A stretch of DNA of 62,610 nt, filler included, from Hausera hauseri (taxonomy: Eukaryota), in the NCBI GenBank assembly GCA_046269625.1. It is 10 parts of 10 records of this genome, joined end to end, with 100 filler letters (N's around TTAATTAATTAA, not from the genome) between each part and the next. Parts side by side here need not be neighbours in the genome. Positions count along the whole stretch, not along the records: positions 1 to 6,574 come from JBJURY010085213.1; positions 6,675 to 10,933 come from JBJURY010672107.1; positions 11,034 to 16,285 come from JBJURY010298945.1; 7 more parts are not named here. One strand, 5' to 3'. The notes under the pieces are model-generated. The model was not told the DNA's origin. It saw only the letters and a list, made by a program, of their open reading frames with translations, and made no database searches. This document shows positions 1-12,607 of this stretch, piece by piece. The position numbers and the translations under genes were made by a program. How positions within the stretch are numbered: position 1 is the first letter of the stretch; every line of letters starts with the position of its first letter.

Positions 1-1030
1 TTTAATGATTTACATTCGATTTGTTGCGTATCCTTCATAAGTGTTACTTTTTGTCTATTATGTAAGGATCGACAGTTATCTCTATATTGTAGTTTAATCT
101 GTCCTCGACAAAGAATGCTATCTTATCTCGCTGCAGTAAGTATTTGATAGAAATACTTTCCGGTTGCTTTCTGGGCCTTTTACTCGTGACGATTTTAGTA
201 GTCGTACTGGTCGTCGTCGTTGTTTTGACTGGAACTTCCCAGATCAGTCTCCGGATGGTATCCTCTTAGATAGACACTTGATTGGTTCGGTCTAGTTTTA
301 TACAGGTCAAACTGTATTTTGTATCTGTATCCCTGGGGAATTTTACAAAATGGGTTTGGGTTCCATCGATTAATGGCACAATATTCGTTGGTGGAGTTGA
401 TTTCTTCAGTGATATAAATCGAACCGAGATCTGGTAGGATTCTGTTAAACTTGTTCAAGTTTTAATCTGAATACAGGTATTTTCCAAATCCTTGGAGACT
501 TCATCTATATTTTCATCTAATAATCTAATTTGAGGGTCAGTACTTTGAATCACGTCGGATAATTTTATACTATCCTATAAGGCTTTCTATGGCATAGTTA
601 TTTCAATCAGTGGTCGTATGTCTGCTCGAATGACTTCATAGGGGTAATAATAGATAAGTATTGTATATCTGTATGTTCGTCCGAAATTTAGTTCGCAGCA
701 TTTTCTATAAATTCCATATCCAAACTCACAATCTTTTATCCTTTCACTATTTTGATCGGTAAACTTTATACGAAATTTCATATATTCTCTGGTAGCCTTG
801 TCGGTTTGGAACCAGATACAGAGCTTTTTCCAATCTGCGTCATATGCTTTCATTGTTTTTAGATTTTCCACGTCATTTTGTCCTTCCAGGCGTTGTTGTT
901 CCTCTTTGATTTTAGCTTCCCTTTCACTTTTGCTAATTCCATATACATCTGTTAAACTGGATTCGCTATTATCCCACCATTGCGCTTTAGTCTTGGGAAC
1001 ATAAGAGGAGATTAATGATAATGCCAAGAT
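1..1030 (-). pseudogene. Post-integrase surface-protein extension of copy A (signal-like segment, Cys-rich domains, start of the FN3-like domain), disrupted
   Basis: ILALSLISSYVPKTKAQWW follows IN in frame (ORF 587..2086). Then CIWF...DCEF.YG.YRKCC.L.FG.TY, and YCAI...CKIPQGYRYKIQFDLY...NQSSVYL (195..458). These align to the C-terminal extension of ORF 27283..31164. Confidence 0.85.
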
Positions 1031-2200
1031 TGTTTTCCTTTTTTCTTGATTGGAGTTAGATCGCAAATTGTAACGTTTTTCTGGTCTTATTTCTGTTTTA
1101 ATAACTCTCTGTATAGATACTACCTCTTCTTTTCCATTTTTGTTAATGTAAACAGTAGTTGGTGTGGTTCGAATAACTTCGTAAAGCCCTAGTCCAGTAC
1201 GAGTAAGTTTTAATGATGTACCTTTTGTCGCGACTGGATAGTGTACGTAAACCCAGTTCCCTTTTTCTAAATCGTGAAGTTTGGCCTTTTTATCATATTG
1301 CTTCTTAAACTGCTCTTGATACTCGAGAGTAAGCGTCTTAGCTATCTCCCAACACCTCTGTAGTCTCATTGATAAGACTTCCGCGAAGTTCGGCTCTAAA
1401 TCTTCTGGATTTGCGTGATACGGAGTCATTACTAAGTCCGTAGGTAATATTGTTTCGCATCCATACATCATAAAAAATGATGTAAATCCAGTGGCGGGAT
1501 GTATGGTAGTATTGATAGCAAATTGTGTTCCTTCCAAAAATTCATCCCAGTCCTTTTGATCCTTCGCTACTACAATTGGTAAGAACCGTAGAACTGTTGC
1601 ATTCATGAGTTCGACCATTCCGTTACACTGAGGGTGATATGCGGTAGTGGTCAACCGTTCGATCTCAAAGATCTTAGAAATTTTATCAAATAACTTACTT
1701 GTAAAATTTCTTCCTCTATCGGTTAATATTTGATCAGGGGGTCCGTATTTACAGATAACTTTTCTTACTACTGCATCTACTAGAGTTTCTGCCTTTTGGT
1801 CAATTAGTGCTATTAATTCAACGAAGTGTGTTAGTCGATCCACACATGTTAAAATATATTTGTTATTTTTGTGAGTCGTGGATAAGAGTCCTACTATATC
1901 CATAGACATAGCGTACATAGGTCTGTCTGGTACGTCGATCGGTTTCAATTCTGCTACATAGTTTTTTACTTTCTTCTGCTTCGTCGCACAGACTTCACAA
2001 GCGTCTACCCAGTTTTTCACGTCGATATAAACGCTTGGCCAGTAATACTTATTGAATATTCTTTCTAATGTTTTCTTCAATGACATGTCCAGCTAAATGT
2101 GAATCATGTTCATCCATTAATACTTCTGTTCGTAATTCTTTTGGAATGACTACCAGTTTCTGTCCTTTTAGTTCGTAATATAAAATATTGTCTTGATTCG
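1031..2200 (-). pseudogene. Integrase (HHCC zinc finger + DDE core) of copy A
   Basis: ORF 587..2086: YYWP...CEVC, MSMDIVG, ILTDRGRNF, TTAYHPQCNGMVE, ending RYNLRS. There is a frameshift near 2086. Confidence 0.92.
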
Positions 2201-2225
2201 ATGCAAAATATTTATGCCCGTGTCT

Positions 2226-4635
2226 TTATAAGTGTTTCTTTAGCTGACGTCCTTTTGGTATTTCATCTTGCTCGGCAAATTTAACTATTTGTTGGATAAC
2301 TTTATCTTTAGCTTGTTCTGCAGAGATTCTGATTGTCTTATTTAGTGTTAAGGTCCGTTGTCGTTCGACCAATTCTTCGAGTTGGGCTTTCTTCATTGTT
2401 GTAATCGTTTTTGTCTTTGCCTTAAGTCTCGACAAAGTATCTGCGTCATTATGTTTACTTCCGGGTTTATATTGAAATTCGATATTATATCTAGAGATTT
2501 CCTCGATCCACCGATTTAGTCTACATGTCGGGTTGTTGGCCCGTCCTTTTAACGTTGTAATAGACTTATGATCAGTGATTATAATAATTTCCTGCCCATA
2601 AACGTAAAAATTAAAAGGCCTTAAAGCTTGTTTCACCGTTAGCGTCTCTAGTTCAGTAATTGAGCAGTTTTTTGCGGCTTTCTTGAGCGATCGTCCTCCA
2701 CATGCAATTGGATGTTCCAATTTTTCATCTTCTCTTTTCTGAGCCAATTCGTAACCAATTCCTTCTTTGCTCGTATATGTTTTATTATAAATGGTAAATT
2801 AAAATCGGGATATCTTAACACTGGTTCGCTTGTTAAAATTTTCTTTTTTTCGTTGAACGCTTTCTGTTCGATATCGGTCCATTTCCACTTGATTTCTTTT
2901 TCAATAGCCGATATAATGGCGCGTTTATTTTCGAGTTGTCTGGCACATAATTGGCATAATACCCACATAGTCCTAACCAATGTCTTAATTCTTTCTGATT
3001 TTGGGGATCCATACAATCTGATATTTTGTTTAGTAAAGATTTATCTGGCTTCGATCCTCCTTCTCTAACTATATGTCCTAGATAAGATACAGCATTTTGT
3101 GCCCATTTACATTTCTTGGGATTCAGCTTCAATCCGGCCTGTTCTAACCGCATAAGAGTATCTTGGATGTCCTTTAGGTGTTCCTCTTCTGTTCTTGATG
3201 CTATCATTACATCGTCTAAATAGGCAAACGCGTGATCTAGTCCCATTAACATCTTATTCATCATTTTGGTGTAGATAGCTTGGCCGGTTGTTATGCCGAA
3301 CGGCATGACGTTAAATTCATAAACTCCATCATGCGTTTTGAACGCTGTTTTATAACGATCATCTTCTTCAATTTCCACTTGCCAATATCCGTATTGTAAA
3401 TCCACTATGGTAAACCACTTTGCTCGTGATAATCTGTCTAGAGCTTCTTTTACTGATGTTAGTGGGCATGAGTCTTTCATCATAAGCATGTTCAGGGCTC
3501 GGTAATCTATACAGAATCGATGTTTAGTAATACCTTTTTTCTTAACCATGAGTATTGGTTAGTGCCAGGACCGGTAGCTTGGTCGTATTACGTCAGCCTT
3601 CAACATACGTTCTACGTCTTTAGTTATTTCGGGCCTTAATGAATGAGGCGGTGGATACCATTTTGGCATCTTTTCCTCTTCCAAGTCAATTTCGTCATTG
3701 GAGCCACGTTTCTTTTTTAATGGAATCGTTAATCTTAGAGTTTTTGCTCTGCCTATATCTTCCTCGTTTTGGGCAATAATAGACTTATATTTGCATAATA
3801 ATTTGTAAATTTGACAATATGCTTCTGGTGAAAATTTTATCTCAACATGAGGTGGGAACTCAGCATATTTGTATGGTTTTTCTTCAATTGTTATTGCCGA
3901 TACTTTATAAGTATGACCCAATGTAGTACTGGCGTACAACTTTACGGAGGTTGGTGCATTATTAGCTAATCTGACTGGTACTCTTCCTGTCGTTACCCTT
4001 GTCAAAATTTTTTTATGTATGATATTTGGATTAACATCTTCTTGTGGCTCAAAATATACTGGTTGATCGTCCTCTTCTCGGATCTGGGCATAAATTGGCA
4101 CTTCGGTTCTGGGCGGAATATTTTCTTCGACAGGAATCTATACTTCTCCTAGTTTCCTTTCTTTTATTGTCTTAATTCCTTTTACTGGTCCGAGTTCAAG
4201 TAGTTTCCCAGTCTGTAAATTTATCTCAATATTGGGTAATTGTTTCAGTATATCGCAACCTAACACTACATCATCGGTTAGTTGGTCAATTACCGCAAAC
4301 TCGTGTCGAAAAATTTGACCCATTAATTGAACTAACGGACTCCATTTAAACTTTGGTTTGGATTCTTGCTCGAAGGCTCCTATGCTGCTTGGATCTTATG
4401 ACGATTCTGGCTGCAGTTGTTTTCTTAGTGTCGGCAGTATTGATTCTAATTTGATAAACGATTTTTCCGATCCTGTGTCAATTAAGGCATAAACTTCCCA
4501 ATCCTCTATGGTAACTTTTGTGAAGGGTCTTCCTTCCATAACTGTTCCATAACAACTTGACACGTCCTTTGGTCGTTTAATTGAAGAAATCTTATGTCCG
4601 TTATTTCTGATATATTCAGCCAACTGTTTCAGCAC
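2226..4635 (-). pseudogene. Aspartic protease, spacer, reverse transcriptase and RNase H of copy A (premature stops and frameshifts)
   Basis: ALIDTGSEKS (4396..4635); RFCIDYRALN...GYWQV...MPFG...YLDDV (2833..3549); PIACGGRSL...IITDHK...DADTLSR (2226..2747). Confidence 0.93.
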
Positions 4636-5118
4636 TTCATTCGGTTATAAGTCGTTGATTGCTATGCTATCTACATTGTTTTTAATTAATTGTTCTTGTA
4701 CTATTGGCTTTTGGAGCGATTTCGTTCCTTGTATTCCCCAAACTGTCGATCGTGACTCTATATTACGAGCTATTCTTGGTGAGTATAATATTCTATGGTC
4801 ATCTTCCGCTCGTCGTTGATTAGTGATCTGCATTTTCTGTAATACTCCGTGTTGTTTTGTTCCTTCAGAGGTGTCTTCATAGCTAAAGGGTTTACGACAG
4901 AATTCCGATTTGTATGACATCATAGATGTTCTATCGCAATCCTCATATATTGGAGCTGCTGGTGGAATGATGGGCAAGGGTGCCTTAATTACTGAATACG
5001 TTTTGTGTCTGTTTTGTCTGAGGATCGCTTCTCCTCCCTTAGGCTCATCATCGTCTGAGTTATCTTTTCGTGTTATTGATTTCTTAGCTTTGTGTTTCAA
5101 TAGAAACATGGGTCTTGC

Positions 5119-6574
5119 TTATCGTTTATAATTATAGTAGCCGACATGGCGTTCAACGTCATTTTTCCATCGATTTTCTTCGTACGCTTTAAGCATTTTA
5201 CCGAACGGGGTGATAATTGAGGTTAAAATCTTACAGGAAAATCCTGTTTGCGTGAATATTTCGTACCCTTTTATAACTGCTTGGATTACCACTTTTACCA
5301 GTTGTACCAAGAAATAGATTGCTAAAAATCCAGATGCGGCTTGACCAAAAATCAAAAAATCTTCCCCATATTTTGTATAATATTTTTATGGTTACCCTTT
5401 GGTAATGGTTCGCACAAAGCAGGGATTTCCATTTAGCCTGGTAGCGGGTATCATTAACTACCGATGCTATAGCTCGGTTTAATTCGTGTGTTCGCTGTCG
5501 TGGAAAAGCAAGAAAGTGGCGAAAAGCTTCGATTTCTTTAGGCCTGTAAATACCTTTTTTAGATGTATTTTGAAACTTGTCATCAGTAATTCCTTTTTCT
5601 AAATTAGTTCCAGTTAATTTTTTAGGAATGATAGTGACACCTCCATTAAGTAAGCTAACTTAATCCGTTTCGCTACGTCTGAACATCGGTTCACCCAAAC
5701 TTGCCTTACAATCCTTTAGGATTGTTGGTTGCGTTGCGTTGTCTAGGGGCATGGCTAAGCGTGGAGTATTCTGGTAGATTACAGGTAGTTCTTGTATGCA
5801 TCGTTTCTCTTCGACATTGATTGGTACGTCTCTTTTCTCACATTCATATGTCAGTAGAACCTCGCCAGCAACTCGGCCAAAGATTCCTTCTCTAATGGGA
5901 ATAATAGGTGAGGCTTACTCAGGATTCGCATAAATAATGGATAATTTTGTCCTCATAATTTCCGTATCCAATTTGCAATCATTAATTATCATTTTATGGT
6001 ATAGCTCGGCTATCTCGACTTATCCTTTATAATAGAAATAATCGTCTCGGTTTTTCAGATAATCTTCGATTCTAATGTCTTGTGTTTCTAAGTTGTATGT
6101 TTTCGCGTTTGTCTCCGTTTCTGCGACGAAGAACGCTTCGTAGTTAGTGGTGAACATTACTACTTCGTAACGTGAAATCATTTCCTTTTTTATGAATTTC
6201 AAACCATGTTGATCGGAGATTAATATCGTAGTAGTGCTCTGATACGTTTTCACGTGCTCTTGAACTGATATAATATTTGTTTACGTACCTTTTCCCAGTA
6301 GTTTCATTAAATTTCAATTCCTTAATCTTAATAAAATTACAGCCTTTTTCAGCGGGCGGTTCCCATATGACGACCGAACTCCTGAAAGCACAGGTTCCGT
6401 CTTGTATATGACATTTTTGATTCTCGGTATAGAGCTTAGTGACGCTATGGAACATCACTTTCTGGACTCGCATTTCCGATTTGTAAAAATCTACTATTAC
6501 TACGTTTGCTTCTAATCCTTTTCCAGTGTCATATTCCGCTCCACTACAGTGCCCATTATGCATATCTAGCCTTC
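5119..6574 (-). pseudogene. Chuvirus/Jingchuvirales-like class III fusion glycoprotein (N-terminus cut off by the contig end)
   Basis: Manual translation across stops and frameshifts gives GHCSG, C...DGTC....VVIW, NDCKLD, GRVAGEVLLTYEC, RCIQELPV, GIYRPKEIEAFRHFLAFP, then the hydrophobic C-terminus FGQAASGFLAIYFLVQLVKVVIQAVIKGY...GFSCKILTS. This ordered motif series is characteristic of chuviral glycoproteins. Confidence 0.82.
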
Positions 6575-6674
6575 NNNNNNNNNNNNNNNNNNNNNNNNNN
6601 NNNNNNNNNNNNNNNNNNTTAATTAATTAANNNNNNNNNNNNNNNNNNNNNNNNNNNNNNNNNNNNNNNNNNNN
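6575..6674. other. Artificial contig linker (44 N + TTAATTAATTAA + 44 N); also at 10934-11033, 16286-16385, 21342-21441, 31167-31266, 39809-39908, 44131-44230, 51593-51692, 57564-57663
   Basis: The same 100-nt spacer occurs nine times. TTAATTAATTAA places stops in all six frames, and content usually changes abruptly across each spacer. Confidence 0.98.
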
Positions 6675-9470
6675 GGATCCTTTTATCAGAATTTACCTTT
6701 AAGATTTTAGCATATTCCTTGAGTAAAAGCTTAGGTACCGTACTGGAAGTCGTATCTTCGCTAGCTAACTTAATTAAGGTAGGAACTAGATGTCTCAATT
6801 GATTTTCGGTGAGGTCCGCTTCAATTAATTGAATTAAATCTTTTTCGATTTGTACCGGGTCCAGCAGCATTTTTACGTTGAACCTTTGGTCCCGAGAATA
6901 TACCTTCATTTCATCCAATCGTAATGGGGTTTTAGGATTCTCGGCAATCATTGCGTCTAAATATGCCTCCAATTCTGTTTCATTCTCGTTATCTGGCGGT
7001 TGATAGTCCTTTGACGGTGCATCAATTGGTTTATCCACACTTGTGGCCCATGTGGTTTTTCTGAGTTCTTGTAGTTTCTGTTGGATTTGGACCATTTTCA
7101 TCATTCAGAAACATCTCCCACTAGCGGATGTTCGGTGGAGCAGTTTTAACAACGAACGTAATTCTTCGGGTCAAATTAATCCCTTTTCTTGATATTTCGT
7201 TAGTTCAGACGTGACATCTCTTTGCCATCTTTGAACAAATTGTGACTTGTCAGCCTTTTCTGTTTCTGTAAGGGCTTATTTGTTTTTAAAAACTTCGAGT
7301 TCTCTAGCTAGTTCGTCTAATCTCATCGCTCTCTGTTTCATCTAAATGCAAGTTTCTTCGACTTGCTGTATTTGTTGCAACAATTGTCTTTACTTCTCGT
7401 CACCAATTTCTGCCATTTCTGCCATCAATAGCGCTAATTCGTACATATCCTTATTACTTTTTGAATACAGATCTATCGCATCTAATAATTTTTTACAAAC
7501 TTGATCTCTTCGAAGCTAAGGTGGTGGTCATTCTTTATTTTAATAAGTTCGGTACGATGTCTCTGATCCGTTCCGTTTATCCATTCTTGTAGCTGGTGTA
7601 AGAGCTTCACCGTTTCTTGAACGATCGACCGATGTTTTGGGCAAAAGTTTAAGGTTTTAAGATCTCGAATCAAGATTTCTTCGATAGGTTTGGCTGTCAA
7701 CCACCGTATTCCTTTCAGGAGGACATCTCGTAATCGCGGATGGAAATCGCAAGTCGCATTTCGCTTCCGCATGAAGTTTGTTTTTTCGATCATTTTATAT
7801 ATATCGTCTAGTATTATCATTTCTTGTTTCTTTTCAATAAAGTCCAATTGACGCGGTGCCTCGAATTGGGTTCGGATGTCAATTTCTGCTTTAATCGTAT
7901 CTAGATTTCGGGCGTCTGCTTCCAATTGCTTCTTTACTGTAGGTTCCCTCTCCGGAAATTTATTCTTCCGTCTGTTTATTAAGTCGCTTAACCTTGGTAT
8001 TACCTTGGACCATTTGTTCAACTGATTGGCAATTTCTTGCTTCGCTAAGATTGCTTTGTTTAACATTTTGCAAGCATCCTCTAGTTCATCATGTGGACCT
8101 TTAATAAAATCGATGACCCAACAGGCATAGTCAAACTCATCCTTGTATTTATCGAACTCGAGGATACAAGCCAGTTGGCTGCATAATCCTATTCCTTAGA
8201 CCATATATCTGCAACGGTTTTTCGGCTTTAATCCTAATACTATTTTCCAAACTTGTGTATTTCTTTGATGCCGTCGAAGCGACCTTTATCATTTCCATCA
8301 AGGGTGGAATATCTACACAACCTATGCCCAATATCTCTAGTTCATTTGCATCTCGTTCTTTTACCGGCTTTCCCTTATGTTGTTCGACTATTGCAAATCC
8401 AATTTCATTCATGACACGCTCTAAATTACGTACGGCTCTTTTAAATTTTGGGTTCGTTTCTAATGTAATTAACAGCAACTAAGCCTGGTTGATTCTAGCT
8501 ACAATGTCTTGAGTAGTTTTATCCTACATCTCCGGAAATTTCGTCTTGCTTTAAATCCACCGTTCTAATTCGGGTTTCCATTGAACTAGTGTTTCTTTTG
8601 CCACTTCTTCAGTCTGATCTAAGTCTATAGCTTCCTTTAGTTTCCCTTCACTATATAGCTTCATTTTTTTATATAATCTCTCTACAAACTGTTGTTCCTT
8701 GACAGAAATATCCACTTGCTCACTTATTGCTTTAAGTTTCTCCAGATTCTGTTGCATTACCTCTGAGTTGAGACAATTCATCCTCATTCTTCTTAATTCT
8801 TCAGCATTTTTCCATGAGCGTCTGATTATCCACTTCTTAGGATCAAGTTTTTCCTCTTGTTCTATTTCCTGTTCGCTAGTAGGTAAGGGACATACATCAT
8901 TTATCTCATTTACAGGTTTCGTCAGCTCATCGTATTCGCTATGCATAGCAAGTTAAATTCCGGACCGTTCGAGGTGCACTCTATGTCGCTTTCTAATGAG
9001 ATTTAGGTTTCTCTCCTTGTGCTCGGCTTCTCCTTAAACATTGGGGATCTTGAACGATCTTTAGGTTTTCACCTCAATGATGGACTACGGCCTTTATTCT
9101 TGGTAATTTTAAGTATACGCAGTTGTAGAAACTCTTTTCTTTTGTCGGCCTCGGCCTCCTTGGTTACGTTTTTATAGCATACTCGGGTTCTACATCTAAA
9201 TCTACTTTATCTGGAGTCTCAGGGTTTCCTGTTTCGATTGACCCTTTGTCTACCGTAGGAACGTTCTTTTTCCGTGCCATATCACTCAGCCTTGGTGGGG
9301 CAATGGAACGTTCATATTTCGTTTCCGGTTCGCGCATACCGTGATAAACTTTTAATTATCGTAACTTATGCTCGTACTCATTCCTAGCCACTAAGACTTT
9401 AGAGTCTTTAGTATCAGGTTGGGCCTTTAAAAAACGTTGTAAATCTTGTATCTCAATGATCATACCCGTG
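6675..9470 (-). pseudogene. Long decayed alpha-helical/coiled-coil coding region downstream of gag, product unknown
   Basis: Successive minus-strand E/K/L/Q-rich ORF fragments (8551..8946, 8149..8478, 7482..8066, 6675..7104), several in one frame separated by isolated stops. No DTG/DSG or YxDD motif seen. Confidence 0.6.
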
Positions 9471-9472
9471 TC

Positions 9473-10676
9473 TCAACGGACGCCGTAAATGGCTTCTAAG
9501 TTTTCGTTTTTAATAACATTAGTTTTACTAGGTTCGACAAACGAAGCACTTGGCGGGTTTGGAAAGGATCTTGCTATATGTCCTTCTTGTCCGCATGTAT
9601 AACAAACTAAGTTGCCGTTTCTACCGATTCTTTGTCGTCCATCTTCCTTTAACGGAGATTTCGATCTACTCGGATTTCTATTGTAGCCTTGCTGCGACGG
9701 AGTCTGCGTAGGGTCTTCATATTGGCGATTATTGTAACTTCGGCTGTCACTCTGTAGGTTAAAACTTTTGGGGCCATCTAGGCGTTTATCCGTATGATAG
9801 CTTGATTTACTAGAAAAAATATTTCCATTATTATCAAAATTTTGATTACTGTATCGCTCGGTTCTGCGATCATAATTACCGTTCTTGTTCCGATCCCCAT
9901 AATTCTTGTTAAATCGTCTATCATTTCTATTCTTCCGATTTCTATCGCCTCGATCACATTGATCACTATTTCTATCATTTCTGTCATTGTTTCTGGCATA
10001 TCTATCCAATGCAATTTCTAAGTCCTGGGCCAATTGCAATGTCCTATCAAAATTCTCCGGGCGTGCTAAAATCAATTGCTTTACTATGTCTTTAGACCAA
10101 ATACCATTTATTAATTGCGTCATCATAATGACACATAAATCTAGGGGACTTCTTTTTTCTGCGGCTGCGCGTTCTGCTTCATTTTTAGCCTTTGCTATGT
10201 TCGCTATCCTTAAGGTGCTTAAGTAACTGTTTGCCAATTTCTTTAAAGCAAAAGAAAATTGGGTTATCGATTCACCCTTTTGTTGAACTCTTCTGAAAAG
10301 CCATGAGATTTTGTTGCGGAGTTACAGTCGGCATTAATTTTCGATTCAGGACTCCTATCAGTGAGGACCAAGTTTTCTTCTCATCATCCGTGAGTTCTCT
10401 ATAGGCATCAGCGGCCAAATTCTTTAAATATAACGACAAACGTTTAATCATCACGTTAGCTGCTAGTCCAGCACCTTCTGCATGCAACTTATATGTCTTT
10501 AAGAATTCATTAAGTCCGTCCGGGTCTCCGTCGTACGCCGGAAGATTTTGCGAATCAAATGTAAAAATATCCAGTTTTTGAGCTATTGCTTGATTTTCAA
10601 CCATATTTTCAACGTTTGTTACATTTTGCTTAACTACCTTACGAGTTCTAGTTTTCTTATCCGGCTTTAAATTCAA
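9473..10676 (-). pseudogene. gag: Ty3/gypsy Gag (capsid + R/N/D-rich linker + degenerate zinc knuckle), frameshifted
   Basis: LPAYDGDPDGLNEFL...LSLYLKNLAADAYREL...TWSSL; QLINGI...ARPENFDRTLQLAQDLE; CYTCGQEGHIARSF (CCHC with the last Cys replaced by Phe). Confidence 0.88.
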
Positions 10677-11454
10677 AGGGCTGTTCGATAGCGTCTAGAT
10701 CAATAGGTTCAGTGTTAATTAAGTTTGATTCAGATAAAGTGCGTCTACTCAACGTCTCACCTTGTCTATATACTTTATTGCTTGTTTCGCGAAAGTTAAT
10801 ATTCTCCTTACCGTTTAGAATGAGATTTAAGTTATCTTCTGACTTATGTCTATCAATATTCGTTCTTGACTCAATAATATGTCGTTATAATACTGAGGGT
10901 TTTCTTTTAGTCCCAAATTTAATTTCACAAATTNNNNNNNNNNNNNNNNNNNNNNNNNNNNNNNNNNNNNNNNNNNNTTAATTAATTAANNNNNNNNNNN
11001 NNNNNNNNNNNNNNNNNNNNNNNNNNNNNNNNNATGTTACATCTTAAGAAAATATTACACAATTTAATTATAAGTAATGTGTAAAGGATCACTTATCTCC
11101 AGAAATCTGGTTGAGTGCAAAAAGGCTATAAAAGCTGACAGAGAGAATTGACCCGGTAGCTTTGGATTAATACAGAAACCTGAAACGACTGACTTTGATG
11201 CTTTGAGCAGAAGCATCAAAGTCAAGTTTATTTATTTGTGTTTGGTTTTATTTGCATAATATGTCATAAACAAAAGGTATATTTTAATTTCTTCTGTTTG
11301 GTTATTGTACATTTAAGTGACATAACATGTCGATTCAGAGTCAAGTATATGAAAATTCGCTCACACCCTCCAAAGGTACCCTTTCATTCATCTCCGTTAA
11401 TTCTCAAACAGTTACGTTAAGTGTTAATTGATCTGCATGGGTACTCATTCTCTC

Positions 11455-11993
11455 TCAAGCACCCATTAATGAGTAGTCAGTATTTCCAGATTTCTTACGA
11501 CGTAGAAGAGAGACGATCAAGAATGTAATTCCACCCCCAACAACCACACCTCCGATAACACCACCAATGACAGCTCCAACATTCACAGAGCTTCCAGTTG
11601 GTCCACCCTGAGGGAACGCAGTGCACACAAAAGAGAGAGAATCGGATATGTATGAGCCAGTTGGACAGCCAAAGTCTTGACACACGGACCGATAGGATAG
11701 ACATTTTCTTGTCTTTGGCGCACCAAGGGCGTTACAACCTGTTCTAATAAACTCCTCAGGTGTAAGATAACACATACCTGCAGGACTCTGCGGCGCAGAT
11801 GTCGCAACGAACCGTTTGAAGTCCGATAGAAGTACACGAGTTGCGACGTATCGATTATTGTTCACGTCAATGCCCGTTAAAGGAACTGGATTGGTGACGA
11901 ACGGACCGCCATTGGGTGTCTGGATAATGGTTGAAAACATCACTCGCACGTAATATTGACCGAGGTCCGAGAGAAGCTCGACAAAATATGAAT
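11455..11993 (-). CDS. Probable last exon of a type I membrane protein (Cys-rich juxtamembrane region, TM helix, short tail with YSLM)
   Basis: Open frame 11455..12027, GC-richer than its flanks, six Cys, TM GAVIGGVIGGVVVGGGITFLIVSLL followed by RRKK. A candidate acceptor ttttacag ends at 11994. Confidence 0.6.
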
Positions 11994-12607
11994 CTGTAAA
12001 ATTGTAATAAAACCTATATAGCCGCACCTTTCACATTTACTGTGGATTCGATACTATTAAACATAATATGTTGTACATATCTGACTATTTTATATAAAAA
12101 TAATAATTTCAATTTAAAAGTGAAGTAAATTGTTGAAGGGTATTGTAATTTCAAAAATTCGTAAAACTTATTTGGAAGCTTATGTAAAAATTTTTCAAAT
12201 CCAGGACAATAATGATCCATCAAAAATATAAGAACATTCGAAGTAATAATTAAAAAATGAAATAACAAATAATTTATAAAATATAATTTGTATTAAACAA
12301 AATCATCTAATTCACCAGCATCATCAGGACACCCACAATAATTATCAACATCAAAAATCCTGCTCATGCTGTACCAAACAAACAAAGTTTCTTGGAATTC
12401 ACAGATTTGTGATGATCAGCTGTTGTACTCACTTCTTTCTCAGCATTCGCAACATATCTCTGCAATTTCAATATTATTTGCAGTTCTATCCATCTCGTTA
12501 CCTTGCTCATAAACTAACGCACTCAATTTTCCAAACATGTCTTCAGTTTGCACAAGATCAAGCTGAATACAAAACTGACACTAAAAAATCCACAAAATAA
12601 ATAAATA

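Larger units (their letters stand above)
1..6574 (-). mobile_element. Ty3/gypsy-type retroelement, family copy A (decayed, truncated at both ends): glycoprotein - PR - RT - RNase H - IN - surface-protein extension
   Basis: Ordered ORF fragments with LIDTGS (PR), YLDD (RT), IITDHK (RNase H), H..CEVC and DIVG/TDRG/NGMVE (IN). Pol peptides are near-identical to those of the intact ORF 27283..31164. Confidence 0.93.

Noticed and set aside
3559-4140. PR-RT spacer (also 44650-44900) as a captured dUTPase
   Set aside because: It has the beta-rich spacer pattern common in metazoan gypsy Pol but no recognisable dUTPase catalytic motifs.
6619-6630. Recurrent TTAATTAATTAA as a biological repeat or CRISPR-like element
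   Set aside because: At all nine junctions it is flanked by exactly 44 N on each side; it is an assembly linker.
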